32,000 bases of DNA from Desulfobulbus propionicus DSM 2032 (GTDB taxonomy: Bacteria; Desulfobacterota; Desulfobulbia; Desulfobulbales; Desulfobulbaceae). Shown piece after piece: positions 30,158 through 32,000 of this stretch. Under the pieces are notes generated by a model. That model saw only the letters and a list, made by a program, of their open reading frames with translations, did no database searches and was not told the origin of the DNA. A program made the position numbers and the translations under genes. Position 1 is the stretch's first letter; every line of letters begins with the position of its first letter. Location of the stretch: contig NC_014972.1 in NCBI RefSeq assembly GCF_000186885.1, forward strand, positions 2,190,001-2,222,000. The letters run 5' to 3'.

Positions 30158-31084
30158 ATGGGGGAGAAAAAGAAGAAAGGGGAAGGCAAAGAGAAAAAAA
30201 ACGCGCCGGAAACTGTGGTCGACTTCAGGCTGCAGGAGGGAACGGCCCTGCGGTTTAAAGACGAAAAAAAGGATGACGACCACCTGGCCGTCTGGGTAAG
30301 CAAGGCTGTTCTCGCCTACGAAATGGAGCTGAAAAAGTTGCAGATCGAACTGATGAAGCTGCAGCAGGATATGAAAAAACAGGGCACCCGGGTCTTGGCC
30401 ATCTTCGAGGGGCGCGACGCCGCCGGCAAGGGCGGGACCATCAAACGGATCTCGGCCTTTCTCAACCCGCGCAATACTCGCATCGTCGCCCTGACCGCGC
30501 CCAGCGACAAGGAGGCGACCCAGTGGTATTTCCAGCGCTACGTCCCCCACTTGCCCGCGGCGGGCGAGTTGGTGCTCTTTGACCGCTCCTGGTACAACCG
30601 GGCCATGGTCGAACCGGTGATGGGCTTCTGCACCGATGAGCAGCACAAGCGCTTTCTCAAGGACGTGCCGCTGTTCGAGGAGATGCTGGTCAAGGACGGG
30701 ATCAAGCTGTTCAAGTTTTACTTCTCGGTGTCCAAGGAAGAACAGGCCAAGCGGTTTGAATCGCGCAAGACCGACATCCTCAAGCAGTACAAGCTGTCGC
30801 CGGTGGACAACCTGGCCCAGACCTACTGGGATCAGTACACGGTCAAGAAGTTCCAGATGCTCAACGAATCCAATCGCACCCTGAGTCCCTGGACCATCAT
30901 CCGCTCCGACGACAAGAAAAAGGCGCGGCTCAACTGCATCAAGCACCTCCTTGCCAACCTCGACTACGACAAGAAGCTGCCGGCCGAAGAGCTGGCCGTT
31001 GATCCCGAGATCGTCATTTCCGGCATCGACGAGATCAAGCACATGGAGAAAAACCTGTTTGATCCCGGACGGCTGCGGGGATAG
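30158..31084 (+). CDS. Polyphosphate kinase 2 family protein (PPK2)
   Basis: Walker A FEGRDAAGKGG, LTAPSDKEATQWYFQRYVPHLP, FDRSWYNRAMVEPVMGF; ATG at 30158 preceded by GAGGAGA. Confidence 0.93.
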   Translation: MGEKKKKGEGKEKKNAPETVVDFRLQEGTALRFKDEKKDDDHLAVWVSKAVLAYEMELKKLQIELMKLQQDMKKQGTRVLAIFEGRDAAGKGGTIKRISAFLNPRNTRIVALTAPSDKEATQWYFQRYVPHLPAAGELVLFDRSWYNRAMVEPVMGFCTDEQHKRFLKDVPLFEEMLVKDGIKLFKFYFSVSKEEQAKRFESRKTDILKQYKLSPVDNLAQTYWDQYTVKKFQMLNESNRTLSPWTIIRSDDKKKARLNCIKHLLANLDYDKKLPAEELAVDPEIVISGIDEIKHMEKNLFDPGRLRG

Positions 31085-31087
31085 CCC

Positions 31088-31125
31088 AAAAAAAAGCCGT
31101 CAGCCCCGCTGGGGACTGACGGCTT
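31088..31125 (-). terminator. Intrinsic terminator downstream of secA
   Basis: AAGCCGTCAG(31094-31103)/CTGACGGCTT(31116-31125) with A-tract at 31088-31095 (T-run on the minus strand). Confidence 0.85.
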
Positions 31126-31157
31126 CGCACGTGCGAACTACGACGGAACGGCCTTCT

Positions 31158-32000
31158 TCAAGCGGTCTGACCGCAGCATTTCTTGTATTTTTTTCCCGAT
31201 CCACAGGGACAGGGGGCGTTGCGGCCGACCTTATCCTCGGTTCGCAGCACCGGCTTGCGCTCCATGTCAGCCGTTCCGACCGCCGCCGCGGCATTCGACC
31301 GTTTAGCCTCGGCAAGCTCTTGCTCGCGTTGCTGGCGCCGCTCCTCTTCCATCCTCGCCAGCTCGTCGTCCTGGACGATCTGGATGCGCATCAGATTGGC
31401 CACCGTATGCTGTTTGACCGCCTCGATCATGGTCATGAACAGGTTGTAGCCTTCCCGCTTGTACTCCAACAGCGGATTCTTCTGGCCGTAGCCGCGCAGG
31501 CCGATGCCCTCCTTGAGGTGGTCCATGTGCAACAGATGTTCCTTCCACAGGGTGTCGACCATCTGCAGCAGCACCATCCGTTCCAGCTGGCGCATCTGCG
31601 ACTCGCCGTTGCGGGCCTCCTGCGATGCATAGGCCTGACCGATCGATGCCCGCAGCTTGTCGACAAAGGTATCATGGTTGAGCTCCTGCCGCTCCTCCTC
31701 GGGCCAGTCAAGCTGCAGGTTGAACAGCTGCCCCACCCGCTCTTCCAAAGCGGGCCAATCCCACTCCTCGGCCGCCACCCGGCCGGGGGCGAATTCATCC
31801 GCCACCTGGGCCACGAGATCAGCGATCATGTCGTCGATGATCGGCCGGACGTTGTCGCCCTCGAGCACCTCGCGGCGCTGGCTGTAGATCACCTCGCGCT
31901 GCTTGTTCATGACGTCGTCATATTCAAGCAGGTGCTTGCGGATGTCGAAGTTATGGCCCTCGACCTTACGCTGGGCGTTTTCGATCGCCCGCGACACCAT
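31158..32000 (-). CDS. secA: Preprotein translocase subunit SecA, C-terminal part (runs off the window edge)
   Basis: [54 protein letters not shown]-terminal [17 protein letters not shown]. Confidence 0.96.
   Translation of the reverse strand: MVSRAIENAQRKVEGHNFDIRKHLLEYDDVMNKQREVIYSQRREVLEGDNVRPIIDDMIADLVAQVADEFAPGRVAAEEWDWPALEERVGQLFNLQLDWPEEERQELNHDTFVDKLRASIGQAYASQEARNGESQMRQLERMVLLQMVDTLWKEHLLHMDHLKEGIGLRGYGQKNPLLEYKREGYNLFMTMIEAVKQHTVANLMRIQIVQDDELARMEEERRQQREQELAEAKRSNAAAAVGTADMERKPVLRTEDKVGRNAPCPCGSGKKYKKCCGQTA

Overview
The 32-kb window reads as ordinary chromosomal DNA, probably from an anaerobic, Desulfobulbus-like bacterium (lineage inferred from gene content only). No mobile element, CRISPR array, defence island or tRNA was recognised. 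In order the window holds: a propionate/methylmalonyl-CoA cluster (two CoA-transferase subunits, epimerase, mutase, MeaB); an SRP RNA gene followed by dnaX-ybaB-recR; a FadR/GntR-type regulator with a TauE/SafE permease and two identical palindromic operators; an LTA-synthase-like sulfatase; a NifU-domain protein; a SleB-like hydrolase; a TPP-riboswitch-controlled thiSGHFEC operon; a secreted MsrAB fusion; a D,D-carboxypeptidase; an FMN riboswitch with ribB; mpl with a small overlapping upstream ORF; a CYTH protein, catalase, ferritin-like protein and PPK2; and the 3' part of secA. The best leads are regulatory or RNA-level. They are an in-phase A AAA AAG slippery site in dnaX at the linker/C-terminal-domain junction, an SRP RNA that appears to have a ~100-nt leader behind a good sigma70 promoter, a readable antiterminator/terminator switch in the TPP riboswitch, twin FadR-type operators 62 bp apart, and a set of T-tract-less hairpins between the propionate genes. 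I did not find convincing evidence for a wholly new multi-gene system.
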